IMG/VR virus record: IMGVR_UViG_3300044296_000314 | Strand: one strand, 5' to 3' | Length of the DNA stretch: 64,000 bases | Source: an uncultured virus (IMG/VR IMGVR_UViG_3300044296_000314) | Lineage: Duplodnaviria > Heunggongvirae > Uroviricota > Caudoviricetes | Shown here: positions 28,003-36,551 of the stretch, piece after piece | How positions within the stretch are numbered: the first letter of the stretch is position 1 | How the letters are laid out: the number at the start of each line of letters is the position of its first letter | The notes under the pieces: model-generated | Seen by the model: the letters and a program-made list of their open reading frames with translations, nothing else | The model's database searches: none | Told to the model about the DNA's origin: nothing | Made by a program: the position numbers and the translations under genes

Positions 28003-28932
28003 TCACGCACCTTCAGCCTCCTTCCGCGCTGCTTCCCACATACGAACTATGGGGGCGATGGTGTCAGGCTCTCCAAACACTGCTCCAAGCTCATCCATGG
28101 CGTCTTGCAGCACCCGCGCCCGCACCCCGGCGTCGTAGCGAGCGGCGGTGGCGGCGGTGTCGCGGAGGGTGGCGCATCTGTCGCATTCCTGGTAAACCAC
28201 CGGCTTCAATTCATTGCTCCAGTAATACTCGAAACCGGATGTAGCCTTATCGCTCTTGCACGACTTACAGAACCAATCCCCGGCTTTTACGGCGTCGAAC
28301 TGGTAGTCGTTAAGAAGGCTATTGTTTTCGACAGGTCTTAGATCATCTCCGCATTCTGGGCAGCGGGTATCAATAGCTTTAGAGCAGCGGCAGCTCACAC
28401 CCTCCAGCGCCGCCCGCAGCGCCGCAACCTGCCGCTCTGCCTCTTCAGCGCGGTGTTCTTCTTTTTGCCTTTTTCCTAATTCATCTATAGCGTGGCCCCA
28501 CCCATCCTCTCCGTTTTCGTAAACCTCCTTTACCACTTCAGCCAAGGTCTGCTCCTCTTCAACGTCACCGTATGTGTCGATCACGGCTTTTATTTCCCGC
28601 TCCAAAGGATCGCGCACTCCGGAGTCGTGGGCGGTGAGCCAGTCGGTGGCGGGGGTGGCGAGGGCAAGTTCGGCGACCGTTGCGATGTCAGTCAGCGCGT
28701 ACTGGTCGTTGTCGTGGTCGCGTGGCTCTGCCAGTTGCCGCGCCGCTCCTTCGTGGATGCGGGCCAGCGCCTCCCGCATCTGCGAGTTGGCGGTGCGGAG
28801 GGCGGCGAGTTCGGTTGAGTCAGATTCTCGCTGATCAATTGCGACAGTAACTAAACTCACCTGCGCGTCAGACAAATATCGGAACTCGCTATGCGCGACT
28901 TCCTCCTCCCATGCCTTCCGTAAATCAGACAT
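28003..28932 (-). CDS. mosaic coiled-coil/Zn-finger hypothetical protein
   Basis: GGAGG RBS; CPEC, CKSC, CDRC. Confidence 0.6.
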   Translation of the reverse strand: MSDLRKAWEEEVAHSEFRYLSDAQVSLVTVAIDQRESDSTELAALRTANSQMREALARIHEGAARQLAEPRDHDNDQYALTDIATVAELALATPATDWLTAHDSGVRDPLEREIKAVIDTYGDVEEEQTLAEVVKEVYENGEDGWGHAIDELGKRQKEEHRAEEAERQVAALRAALEGVSCRCSKAIDTRCPECGDDLRPVENNSLLNDYQFDAVKAGDWFCKSCKSDKATSGFEYYWSNELKPVVYQECDRCATLRDTAATAARYDAGVRARVLQDAMDELGAVFGEPDTIAPIVRMWEAARKEAEGA

Positions 28933-29000
28933 CTACTCCTCCAATCCTGGTATTCTATTGGCTGCTGGCGGGGCAGGGAGGGTGGGGCTAGAGTGCTCGG

Positions 29001-29201
29001 TCATGCCAGCGGATCCTTTCTCCGCATGATGGTGATGGCGTTCCACTCGGCGCGTTCCCAGCGGAGTTTCTTGGTTCTGATCTGTCCGTCTGACTGCGGG
29101 TGCGTCTGGCAGCCGCTCAATACCGATTTGGTCCACTTCGTCGATTCCCGTTGCCGCGCCACCATCAGGCGCTTGCGGGCCATGCGGATGCGGTGGATCA
29201 T
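29001..29201 (-). CDS. small basic hypothetical protein
   Basis: ORF only. Confidence 0.35.
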   Translation of the reverse strand: MIHRIRMARKRLMVARQRESTKWTKSVLSGCQTHPQSDGQIRTKKLRWERAEWNAITIMRRKDPLA

Positions 29202-29249
29202 TCCCCACCACCAAAATCTTCACAATACTCGTGGTTTCCCATAATGTGA

Positions 29250-30746
29250 TTATAACCTCACTCCTCGCATTAAAGTAAAAAAGTAGTTGTCGTTAGTATC
29301 AGGGGTCTGTAAATACAAATTTTCTCGTACCCTTGTCAGCGCCACGTATAGGATACGCAACTCATCTTGATGACCAAACTCATCGGCATCAGCTTCCGCA
29401 TGTCGTTTTACCGCGCCAGAGTAACTGGTCAACAAAGCAACGTTGTCGGCTTCTGTGCCCTTGCTTTCATGAATCGTCAATAGGCGGATACGGCCCGTAG
29501 GCTGAGCCAGTTCCTGATTGAACTGGAGCCGTCGATAGTATTCTCCGTACACCAAAGGTATTGTTGGATAAGCCTGGCTCCACGGCACCTCTCGCATACG
29601 ATCGGGCACTGGCCAGCGTCTGGCGTGATAGCGCGTCATAATGCGCTTGTCGCCATGATTAGGCTGCTCCCCGGTGGCGCGATAGTGCTCCCAGGCGCGT
29701 ATGACTCGCATTTCCGGGCAGTAGTGGCTCCATTCCCCTCGAAACCAATAAGCGAAACCTTGACCGTGTAGAAACTCCGCCGCCTGACGAAGCTGGTACT
29801 GATGTCGAGCCAACACCAACCACTCTCCTTGCGAGAAGTCCAGATCTGTTATGCTGGTGAAGAGCTTAATGCCGCCGCTGTTGTCACTGCGAGGCTGGAT
29901 GTTCTTGGGTACTCGCTGTTTCAGGCGCTTCGCAATCGTTTGACTCAGGGTGAGAATATCCTTGGGCAAGCGATGACTAACGCGCAGACGGTCCACTTTT
30001 GACGGATTAGCTGCAGCGTATTCAACCAACAGCTTGGCAGAGGCTCCAGCGAACCCGTAAATGGTTTGATCATCGTCGCCTACAATGAGCATTTCTTCGG
30101 CGTTGACCGTGAGACGCTGAACCATTTCCCATTGTTGCGGAGTAAGATCCTGCGCCTCGTCCACAAATATGTGACTTACTTCTGGTGGAAATGGAGTGTC
30201 ACACTCATCAATCAAGTCAGAGAAATCCTTTAATCCATACTGGCGCTTGTAGCGCTGGTACTCTTCTGCAAAGGCCTCGATGTCTCGCAGCTGCAGCTGG
30301 GTCTGATGGGCCACATCACTGTAATACTCTGCCACACTCAAGTTCATTGACCTCGCAGATTGGGCCAGGAACATTGCCTCATTGCTCCAGTGGTGTCGCT
30401 CAGTATCCTGGAAGCGGAAACCCAAACGCTTGGCGTTGATTTCGTATCCGGTGAGCTGATTGAATCGCTGCAGTTCCCGATCCGTCATGATAGTATCTCG
30501 TCGCATCTCACTCAATCGGAACGCGCAAGAATGCAGTGTACGGAACCAGGGTGTGGCGGAGCGTGGGAGGTCTAGACGCCGCAAAGCTTCGCGCACGGCA
30601 TGCTTGGAAAATGTGGTGAAGGCGATATGTTCGGTCGGCACTCCAGAGGCCACCAGCTTGCGAATCTCGTTGAGAATGAACGAGGTCTTGCCGGTGCCTG
30701 GGGCGCCAAATACCACACGAACCCTGGGAACGTTAAAGTGAAGCAC
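29250..30746 (-). CDS. UvrD-like SF1 helicase coupled to the primase gene
   Basis: GAPGTGKT, FRTLHS, VDEAQDL, VGDDDQTIYGFAGA, TIHESKGTEAD, YVALTR. Confidence 0.9.
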   Translation of the reverse strand: MLHFNVPRVRVVFGAPGTGKTSFILNEIRKLVASGVPTEHIAFTTFSKHAVREALRRLDLPRSATPWFRTLHSCAFRLSEMRRDTIMTDRELQRFNQLTGYEINAKRLGFRFQDTERHHWSNEAMFLAQSARSMNLSVAEYYSDVAHQTQLQLRDIEAFAEEYQRYKRQYGLKDFSDLIDECDTPFPPEVSHIFVDEAQDLTPQQWEMVQRLTVNAEEMLIVGDDDQTIYGFAGASAKLLVEYAAANPSKVDRLRVSHRLPKDILTLSQTIAKRLKQRVPKNIQPRSDNSGGIKLFTSITDLDFSQGEWLVLARHQYQLRQAAEFLHGQGFAYWFRGEWSHYCPEMRVIRAWEHYRATGEQPNHGDKRIMTRYHARRWPVPDRMREVPWSQAYPTIPLVYGEYYRRLQFNQELAQPTGRIRLLTIHESKGTEADNVALLTSYSGAVKRHAEADADEFGHQDELRILYVALTRVRENLYLQTPDTNDNYFFTLMRGVRL

Positions 30747-32320
30747 TAGAAGGCCTCCTTGTCCGGCAGACTAATGGCGTCATAGTTAATAACTGCTGAG
30801 TTCTCGAGGTACCAGACTGCATGGTCCTTGAGGCGTTTGCGTATTGCTCCGTAACTCTCCAGAGTCCGCGTAAGTGTGATCTCACTTAGCTGTTTGCGAG
30901 CACTGCGATATCCAAGAAATCGTCTTAGCATGGAAAAAGTGAAATACAGGCCGGAACCTTTCTGCCAAACTAACTGATCAATGTCCTCCAAATAGTGTTC
31001 CTCGCTGCGCGCACGTCTGCTCGATTTCAACACCTGTAGGGTTGACTCCCACAGAGGCGATGGAGCGCCCGTGTGGACGTTCATGTCCAAACGCTCGCAA
31101 GTGAGAAGTAGCGGTTCCAGATATTTGTGCCACTTTGGTTTGCTTACCTGGCTAAGACCGGAGGGAAGAATCCGGCCTGTTTCCACAATTTTGACCACAA
31201 GCGCAGAAGGATTCAGCAATATCTCAGTGGGCACCATTAGGCGCACGCCTCGTATCTCCAGCCCCCACAACGACTCTTCCGTCTCGCCTGGGTAGCTATA
31301 CTGCACCAGTCCGTTCACAGCTAACGCTTCGATCTGCACTAGGCCACCTTCGTCTGTGCCGCCCACGCCGAACTCCCGCTTAGCACATGCTCGTTGTTGG
31401 CATACGCTATGGATAGGCGGCTGCTTGCATCTGTAGAAGTATTCTTTCTTGCGTAAACTTTGCGTGAGTTCGTACAGTTCCTTATGTTCCAAGGGCGGAT
31501 TGCAGAACAGCTCGTTGTATTGAGCAAAGTGTGACTCCCATTCCTCACCAAATCGTTTCTTGAGGTAAGTTCCCACTGCCAACATGCCATCGTTACGGGT
31601 GCCGGAAGGAAAACCGTTCTGCTGGTGGATGGTGACGAGGCAAGGGGGCGCTTCGTATAAAGGATCGGAGGGATCGTTGGTTGTGGGCTTGATTGGGGAT
31701 ATTTTGAGAAGATCTGCAAGAGAGATGCGCCGCGACTCAGCCAGGTCCAAAAATTCAGGCAGTTCCAGCTCTTTACCTCGATGCACCGCATAGCGCATGG
31801 TCTCGGATTCATTCTGGTATGGGACGTTGATCCAACTACCAATGTCGCTCTCGCCTGCCCTGGTCGATTGCTTGGGAAAGATCTCAGTCTTGTTGCTGAG
31901 ATTGAGTACGGATACCCATTCAGCCAGCTTAGTGCGAATGATTTCTGCCGAAGCGGGTTCTGACAGAAACAAATAGAGATGCGCACCTCCTGACTTAGTG
32001 CGGCACAGAGTGAGAGGCAACTTGAGCTTAGTTACTCTCTTCTCTAACTCCGGCAAATCTAGCCGATAGTTATCAACGTCTAACGCGGCGAATAAGACGT
32101 TGTTATCTTCCCTCAACATAATAACCCCTAATCCAGGTCCGGTGTTATCAAGGTGAGCGCGATAGTGTTGGAGGGTTAGTGCTCCGGTTTTGGTTGATCT
32201 GGGTCCGACATTCTTACCTGTTTCTGGTTCTTGTTCATTGACGAGGTATTGGCCGAAGGCTCTGTCGTATCCGGCAAAAAGGGCCGCGAAACGCTGAACG
32301 TAGGCCTCGTGAGTAGGCAT
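30746..32320 (-). CDS. AEP-type primase with PriCT-like domain
   Basis: ALDVD, RTKSGGAHLYLF, EIFPKQ, APPCL...GTRNDGM. Confidence 0.75.
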   Translation of the reverse strand: MPTHEAYVQRFAALFAGYDRAFGQYLVNEQEPETGKNVGPRSTKTGALTLQHYRAHLDNTGPGLGVIMLREDNNVLFAALDVDNYRLDLPELEKRVTKLKLPLTLCRTKSGGAHLYLFLSEPASAEIIRTKLAEWVSVLNLSNKTEIFPKQSTRAGESDIGSWINVPYQNESETMRYAVHRGKELELPEFLDLAESRRISLADLLKISPIKPTTNDPSDPLYEAPPCLVTIHQQNGFPSGTRNDGMLAVGTYLKKRFGEEWESHFAQYNELFCNPPLEHKELYELTQSLRKKEYFYRCKQPPIHSVCQQRACAKREFGVGGTDEGGLVQIEALAVNGLVQYSYPGETEESLWGLEIRGVRLMVPTEILLNPSALVVKIVETGRILPSGLSQVSKPKWHKYLEPLLLTCERLDMNVHTGAPSPLWESTLQVLKSSRRARSEEHYLEDIDQLVWQKGSGLYFTFSMLRRFLGYRSARKQLSEITLTRTLESYGAIRKRLKDHAVWYLENSAVINYDAISLPDKEAF

Positions 32321-33174
32321 GGGTAACGTAAGTCTAATACTAAAATTTATGTGGCGGTTTGTTATTCCTCTGCGAGATGGCTAACTTACTGAAATTACAA
32401 AAGTTACATAACAGGTGCGTTTTCGTGGCTTTTTTCACCATCGGCGATGGCTTATTGACCACAACAAATAATTTTACCCAGGGGAAATTCGACGTGTTAA
32501 CGAAAGATAATGGTGAATAACCACACCTTTCCAGGGTGTGAATGGCGGATTAAAAGCGTCCGATTTCGAAAATTTACACGAGATAGCAATCTCGATAAAT
32601 AAATAAAGGATCGATCGGAGCCGTTCGAAAAAGGGAGGGTAGGGGTTTCGTTTTTAGTATTATATAGAGAGATGCCTAACCGTTGATAATACAGGGGTTA
32701 GGTTGTTTTCTTGTGGTGTACCATTGGATGGTGATGCGAATTGTGGACAAATTAGCTGTAGTTAACTGGTAGATTTAACCGTAGTTAACATGAACTTTCG
32801 GGGGCGTTGTTGGGGCGGATTTGGGTGGATTGTTGGTGACGCGGCGGGTGGATTGTCGGCGGGTTGTTGGTGCGCGACCGCCACCCTGGTGGCGCGTTGC
32901 CGGGTGAGTTGGAGGGCCGGATAAGTTGAGAGGTTGGGTGAGCGGTGAGGGCGGATAAGTCGTAAGGTAACTTACGAGGTAACTTACGAGGTAAGTTGAC
33001 GCGGATAAGTTGAGGGTGGGTGAGTTGCTCCGGCGGATGAGCGGCGGGGAGGGTGCTCCGGCGGATGAGTTGTAGGGGCGCTAGACCGGGACGCGCTGTC
33101 GCCACCCCTGGCAGGGTGCTGCCGGATTGCTCCTGGGGCAGGTAGCAAGCAGGCGATAGGCTATACTAGGGGGT
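32321..33174. other. Non-coding switch region between the divergent arms (candidate origin or packaging/terminal region)
   Basis: AT-rich left part, G-skewed repeat-rich right part, no convincing ORF. Confidence 0.55.
32902..33072 (+). repeat. cluster of short direct repeats
   Basis: CGGATAAGT at 32918, 32952 and 33002; AGGTAACTTACG x2.5 at 32965-32994; TGCTCCGGCGGATGAG at 33026 and 33054. Confidence 0.8.
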
Positions 33175-34053
33175 ATGAGTACCTCAGAAACGCGTCGAGA
33201 CGATGCAGTCGGCGAGAAACCGAACACAGGCTCTGTCGGTAAGAAACCGAAGACCAAATCTGGCGGCGATAAACCAAGAAGTGGAGTTCACGCCAAAATC
33301 CAGAAAAGATTGATTAAATATGAGCAGGCCATTGAAGAAGGCTACTCAATGACGGCAGAGGAAGAAGAGGCTTTCCAGGTAGAGCTGCTAGAGTTTCAGC
33401 AAGAGTGGAAACGCACAGTTATCCCTGGCAGACGTGCCACTTCTGAGTGGGACCAAATATCCGCCCACTCCTTTGTGGCGGAAAACAAATTGTCCCGTAA
33501 GCAAACACTGTTTGTTGAATACTTTTTGCGGTACCGCAATTCATTTCGAGCGGCTGCGGCGGCTGGTTATAAAGATCCAACGAAAGCCAGTGACTTTCTC
33601 ACTTACATGTGTCCGAAGATACAGCGTGAGATACAGCGCAAGCTTGATCTTGTGTCGGCTCGCAACGCGATCACCACGCAGAAAGTCGTGGAAGAGCTGA
33701 CCAACGTGGCCATGACTAACTTGGGCGACTTCATAGAAATTGGAGAGGACGGCGCTGAGGCCACTTTGACTTTCAAGTGGGCCGATCGCGGTCATATGAG
33801 TGCTTTGAAGGAGATCACTCAAGAGACCTACGTGGTGCAGGGTGGTCGAGGAGAGGACGGCGACAGTTCCAAGCCTGTGGTAAAGAAGACGGCAATCAGG
33901 ATGCATGATAAGTTGCGAGCTTTGGAGCATCTGTCGAAGTTATTGAACCTTTACCCGGAAGACAAGGATCCCGGCGAGGGAACCCGCATGGCTCAGACCA
34001 TAATGGAAGCTGTGCGCAAGATGAAGGAGTTGCAAGGGGTGGAGAAAAAGTAG
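33175..34053 (+). CDS. terS: terminase small subunit
   Basis: LSRKQTLFVEYF..AAAAAGY HTH, ITTQKVVEEL, MHDKLRALEHL; upstream of terL. Confidence 0.85.
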   Translation: MSTSETRRDDAVGEKPNTGSVGKKPKTKSGGDKPRSGVHAKIQKRLIKYEQAIEEGYSMTAEEEEAFQVELLEFQQEWKRTVIPGRRATSEWDQISAHSFVAENKLSRKQTLFVEYFLRYRNSFRAAAAAGYKDPTKASDFLTYMCPKIQREIQRKLDLVSARNAITTQKVVEELTNVAMTNLGDFIEIGEDGAEATLTFKWADRGHMSALKEITQETYVVQGGRGEDGDSSKPVVKKTAIRMHDKLRALEHLSKLLNLYPEDKDPGEGTRMAQTIMEAVRKMKELQGVEKK

Positions 34054-34110
34054 CATGTCGCCGACAAAGACCATAACCAACACCGTCCAGGCTCGCGGGG
34101 AGTCGACCAA

Positions 34111-34419
34111 GTGAACCGAAGGGGTTGGCTGTCGTCGCTATTCGGTCTTGGCCAGCAGCATGCTCCCTCATACAGCAATTGTGTCTCTCGGCTTCCAACC
34201 CGGTGCAAGGTTCCCAATAACGAGTGCCCGGTGTGCGGAACTATGGCAAAACCTTTTGTCTGGCAGCCGCAACCGATGTGCGGTGATATTCTGCTCATGA
34301 ACAAAGATGGTACAACCAGCAGCGCTTGTTTTGAGCCAAGCACGGTACCGCCTAATCTAACTCGTTGTGAGAACTGTAACACTGCCTTCTGGCAGGATGC
34401 TGTTGGAGGTCGTCGCTGA
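34111..34419 (+). CDS. Cys-rich small protein
   Basis: CPVC, CENC; N-terminal NRRGWL. Confidence 0.45.
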   Translation: MNRRGWLSSLFGLGQQHAPSYSNCVSRLPTRCKVPNNECPVCGTMAKPFVWQPQPMCGDILLMNKDGTTSSACFEPSTVPPNLTRCENCNTAFWQDAVGGRR

Positions 34420-34525
34420 TCACATCGAAACCCTGAGCGGAGGGTTATACGCAACATGCTGGACATCGGGTCGTCCCGAAGTTAGCTATAGTAGATCAGA
34501 GCGCTTTATGTCTCTCGAGGAATCC

Positions 34526-34930
34526 ATGCCCACTGCTGACAAACCTTTGCCCGGCCTCCCAGCTCAGCGATTCAAGTACCAACAGTCCACAGGCAATTTC
34601 CTATTTGATGGACAGTTGGTGCAAATTGGTTACTCCGGCGCACCTGGTTATACCAACAATTCTCGTTTCGAGGGTTTGAAGAATTGCGGTCCTATTCCGC
34701 GCGGTAGTTACACTTTCGGAGTAGTGTATCGCAACCATCCGATAGTGGGACCTTGGGCTATCCAGCTGATTCCGGATGTGAGTAATAACATGCTGAACCG
34801 CTCAGACTTCATGATACACGGAGATAACATCAGTAAGCCAGGTACTGCGTCGAAAGGCTGCATTGTACTTGGTTATCCTGCTCGCCGATTGGTGATCGAT
34901 CATCCGCACGATCGTTTGCTGGTGTATTAG
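34526..34930 (+). CDS. Tlde1/DUF2778-like L,D-transpeptidase-fold protein (candidate lysin)
   Basis: GYSG, GPIPRGSY, RSDFMIHGD...ASKGCIV; GAGG RBS before the ATG at 34526. Confidence 0.8.
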   Translation: MPTADKPLPGLPAQRFKYQQSTGNFLFDGQLVQIGYSGAPGYTNNSRFEGLKNCGPIPRGSYTFGVVYRNHPIVGPWAIQLIPDVSNNMLNRSDFMIHGDNISKPGTASKGCIVLGYPARRLVIDHPHDRLLVY

Positions 34931-34955
34931 TTTCCAACATCAAGGACAGCAACCT

Positions 34956-36284
34956 GTGTCTTCCACTGATCTAGTTCTCACCCCGCGCTGGTATCCGTTG
35001 CGACCGCATCCGAAGCAACTTGCTTGGATGAATTCCAAAGCTCGTTTCAACGTGATCCCAGCTGGTCGACGTTCTGGCAAAACAGAACGGGCCAAACGTA
35101 AGCTGGTAATATCGGCTTTGGAGAATTCTGATTGGGACGACCCCAGATACTTTGCCGGCGCTCCCACTCGAGATCAGGCCAAGCAGATTTGGTGGTTTGA
35201 TCTCAAGGCGCTTTCTCCGCCTGCTCTGATCAAGAGAATTCTTGAGGGTGAGCTCATCATCGAGTACGTCAACGGGGCGCAAATTTGCGTTGTGGGGTTG
35301 GACAAACCACAGCGCATAGAAGGTCGACCTTGGAACGGTGGTGTACTGGATGAGTATGCTGACATGAAGGCCAAGGCCTGGCCTGAGAACGTTCGACCCG
35401 CGCTGTCGGATCGTATCGGATGGTGCGACCTGATCGGCGTGCCGGAAGGGCGCAACCACTACTACGACGCCTATGAGAAGGCTTTGGCCGACACGACCGG
35501 GGAGTGGGCCGCGTTTACTTGGAAGAGCGCTGAGATCATTGCTCCAGAAGAAGTGGAGTCCGCCAAACGCGGACTGGACCCTCTCGTGTTCCAGCAGGAG
35601 TATGAGGCCAGCTTTGTCAACTTCACAGGAAGAGCTTACCACTGTTTCGATCGCAACATTCATTGCTCTACCAAGCTTGCTTATGACCCCAAGCTGCCGC
35701 TGATCTTTTGCTTCGACTTTAACACTGCGCCTGGTGTGTGCGCGGTGTGCCAGGAGGTGCTGGAGCTGCCTTCACCAGGGAAACTCCCAGGCACAGCTGT
35801 GATTGGCCAGGTGTACATTCCTCAAGGCAGCAACACCAAGTTCGTTTGCAACCGACTCATTGAGGATTGGGGCAAGCATCAAGGACTCGTGTATTGTTAC
35901 GGTGACGCCACTGGTGGCGCCGGAGGTTCTGCCAAGACTGAAGGATCAGACTGGGACCTTATCCGCAAGTGCTTGCGTCCTGTTTTCCAAGAACGTTTGA
36001 GAATCATGGTGCCTGATGCTAACCCCACTGAGAAGTCCCGCGTCAATGCGGTAAACTTGCGTTTGTTGTCGGCGGCCAATGAAGTTAAGCTGATGATCCA
36101 CCCAGATAAAGCCAAGAATGTGGTGAAAGACTTTGAGGGGGTCCGAACGGTAGAGGGCGGCTCAGGTGAGATAGACAAAGAATCGGATGCTGAGCTAACC
36201 CACATTAGTGACGCGCTGGGCTACTATATCCGCAGTAAATTTCCCACAGGAAGTGGAGCTAAACCCAGGGATATTGGTATATAA
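34956..36284 (+). CDS. terL: terminase large subunit
   Basis: AGRRSGKT, GGVLDE, IGVPEG, FQQEYEASF, FDFN, HISDALGY. Confidence 0.95.
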   Translation: MSSTDLVLTPRWYPLRPHPKQLAWMNSKARFNVIPAGRRSGKTERAKRKLVISALENSDWDDPRYFAGAPTRDQAKQIWWFDLKALSPPALIKRILEGELIIEYVNGAQICVVGLDKPQRIEGRPWNGGVLDEYADMKAKAWPENVRPALSDRIGWCDLIGVPEGRNHYYDAYEKALADTTGEWAAFTWKSAEIIAPEEVESAKRGLDPLVFQQEYEASFVNFTGRAYHCFDRNIHCSTKLAYDPKLPLIFCFDFNTAPGVCAVCQEVLELPSPGKLPGTAVIGQVYIPQGSNTKFVCNRLIEDWGKHQGLVYCYGDATGGAGGSAKTEGSDWDLIRKCLRPVFQERLRIMVPDANPTEKSRVNAVNLRLLSAANEVKLMIHPDKAKNVVKDFEGVRTVEGGSGEIDKESDAELTHISDALGYYIRSKFPTGSGAKPRDIGI

Positions 36285-36298
36285 TTTCGCGGTATACT
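36285..36298 (+). promoter_or_regulatory. candidate late promoter TTTCGCGGTATACT
   Basis: Identical 14-mer at 38230-38243; variant at 50779-50792. Confidence 0.6.
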
Positions 36299-36307
36299 AC
36301 GGTTACC

Positions 36308-36547
36308 ATGTCACCTGCTGTCAAGACCTTTATCGTTGGCGCCATCGCCGCCGGTTTGTCTGCCGGGTTGGAAGCTATGTCCGACTTGGACCATTTTGAT
36401 TGGCACAAAGTCGGATTGCGAGCAGCTTATGCCACGCTTATGGTGGTAGTTGCGTTTTTGCGACAATCTCCGTATGCGGACAGCAAGCAAAAAGATGTAA
36501 ACCCAGAAGCTCCGGCAGTCACAGAGAACAACAAGTCGAAGGAGTAA
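36308..36547 (+). CDS. putative holin
   Basis: 79 aa, two hydrophobic segments, charged C-terminal tail. Confidence 0.5.
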   Translation: MSPAVKTFIVGAIAAGLSAGLEAMSDLDHFDWHKVGLRAAYATLMVVVAFLRQSPYADSKQKDVNPEAPAVTENNKSKE

Positions 36548-36551
36548 ACGA

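Noticed and set aside
32902..33072. Possible CRISPR mini-array
   Set aside because: Repeats are 9-16 bp and irregularly spaced, without uniform spacers; no cas genes
32785..33105. 106-aa minus-strand ORF
   Set aside because: Low-complexity Pro/Leu translation of the repeat tract
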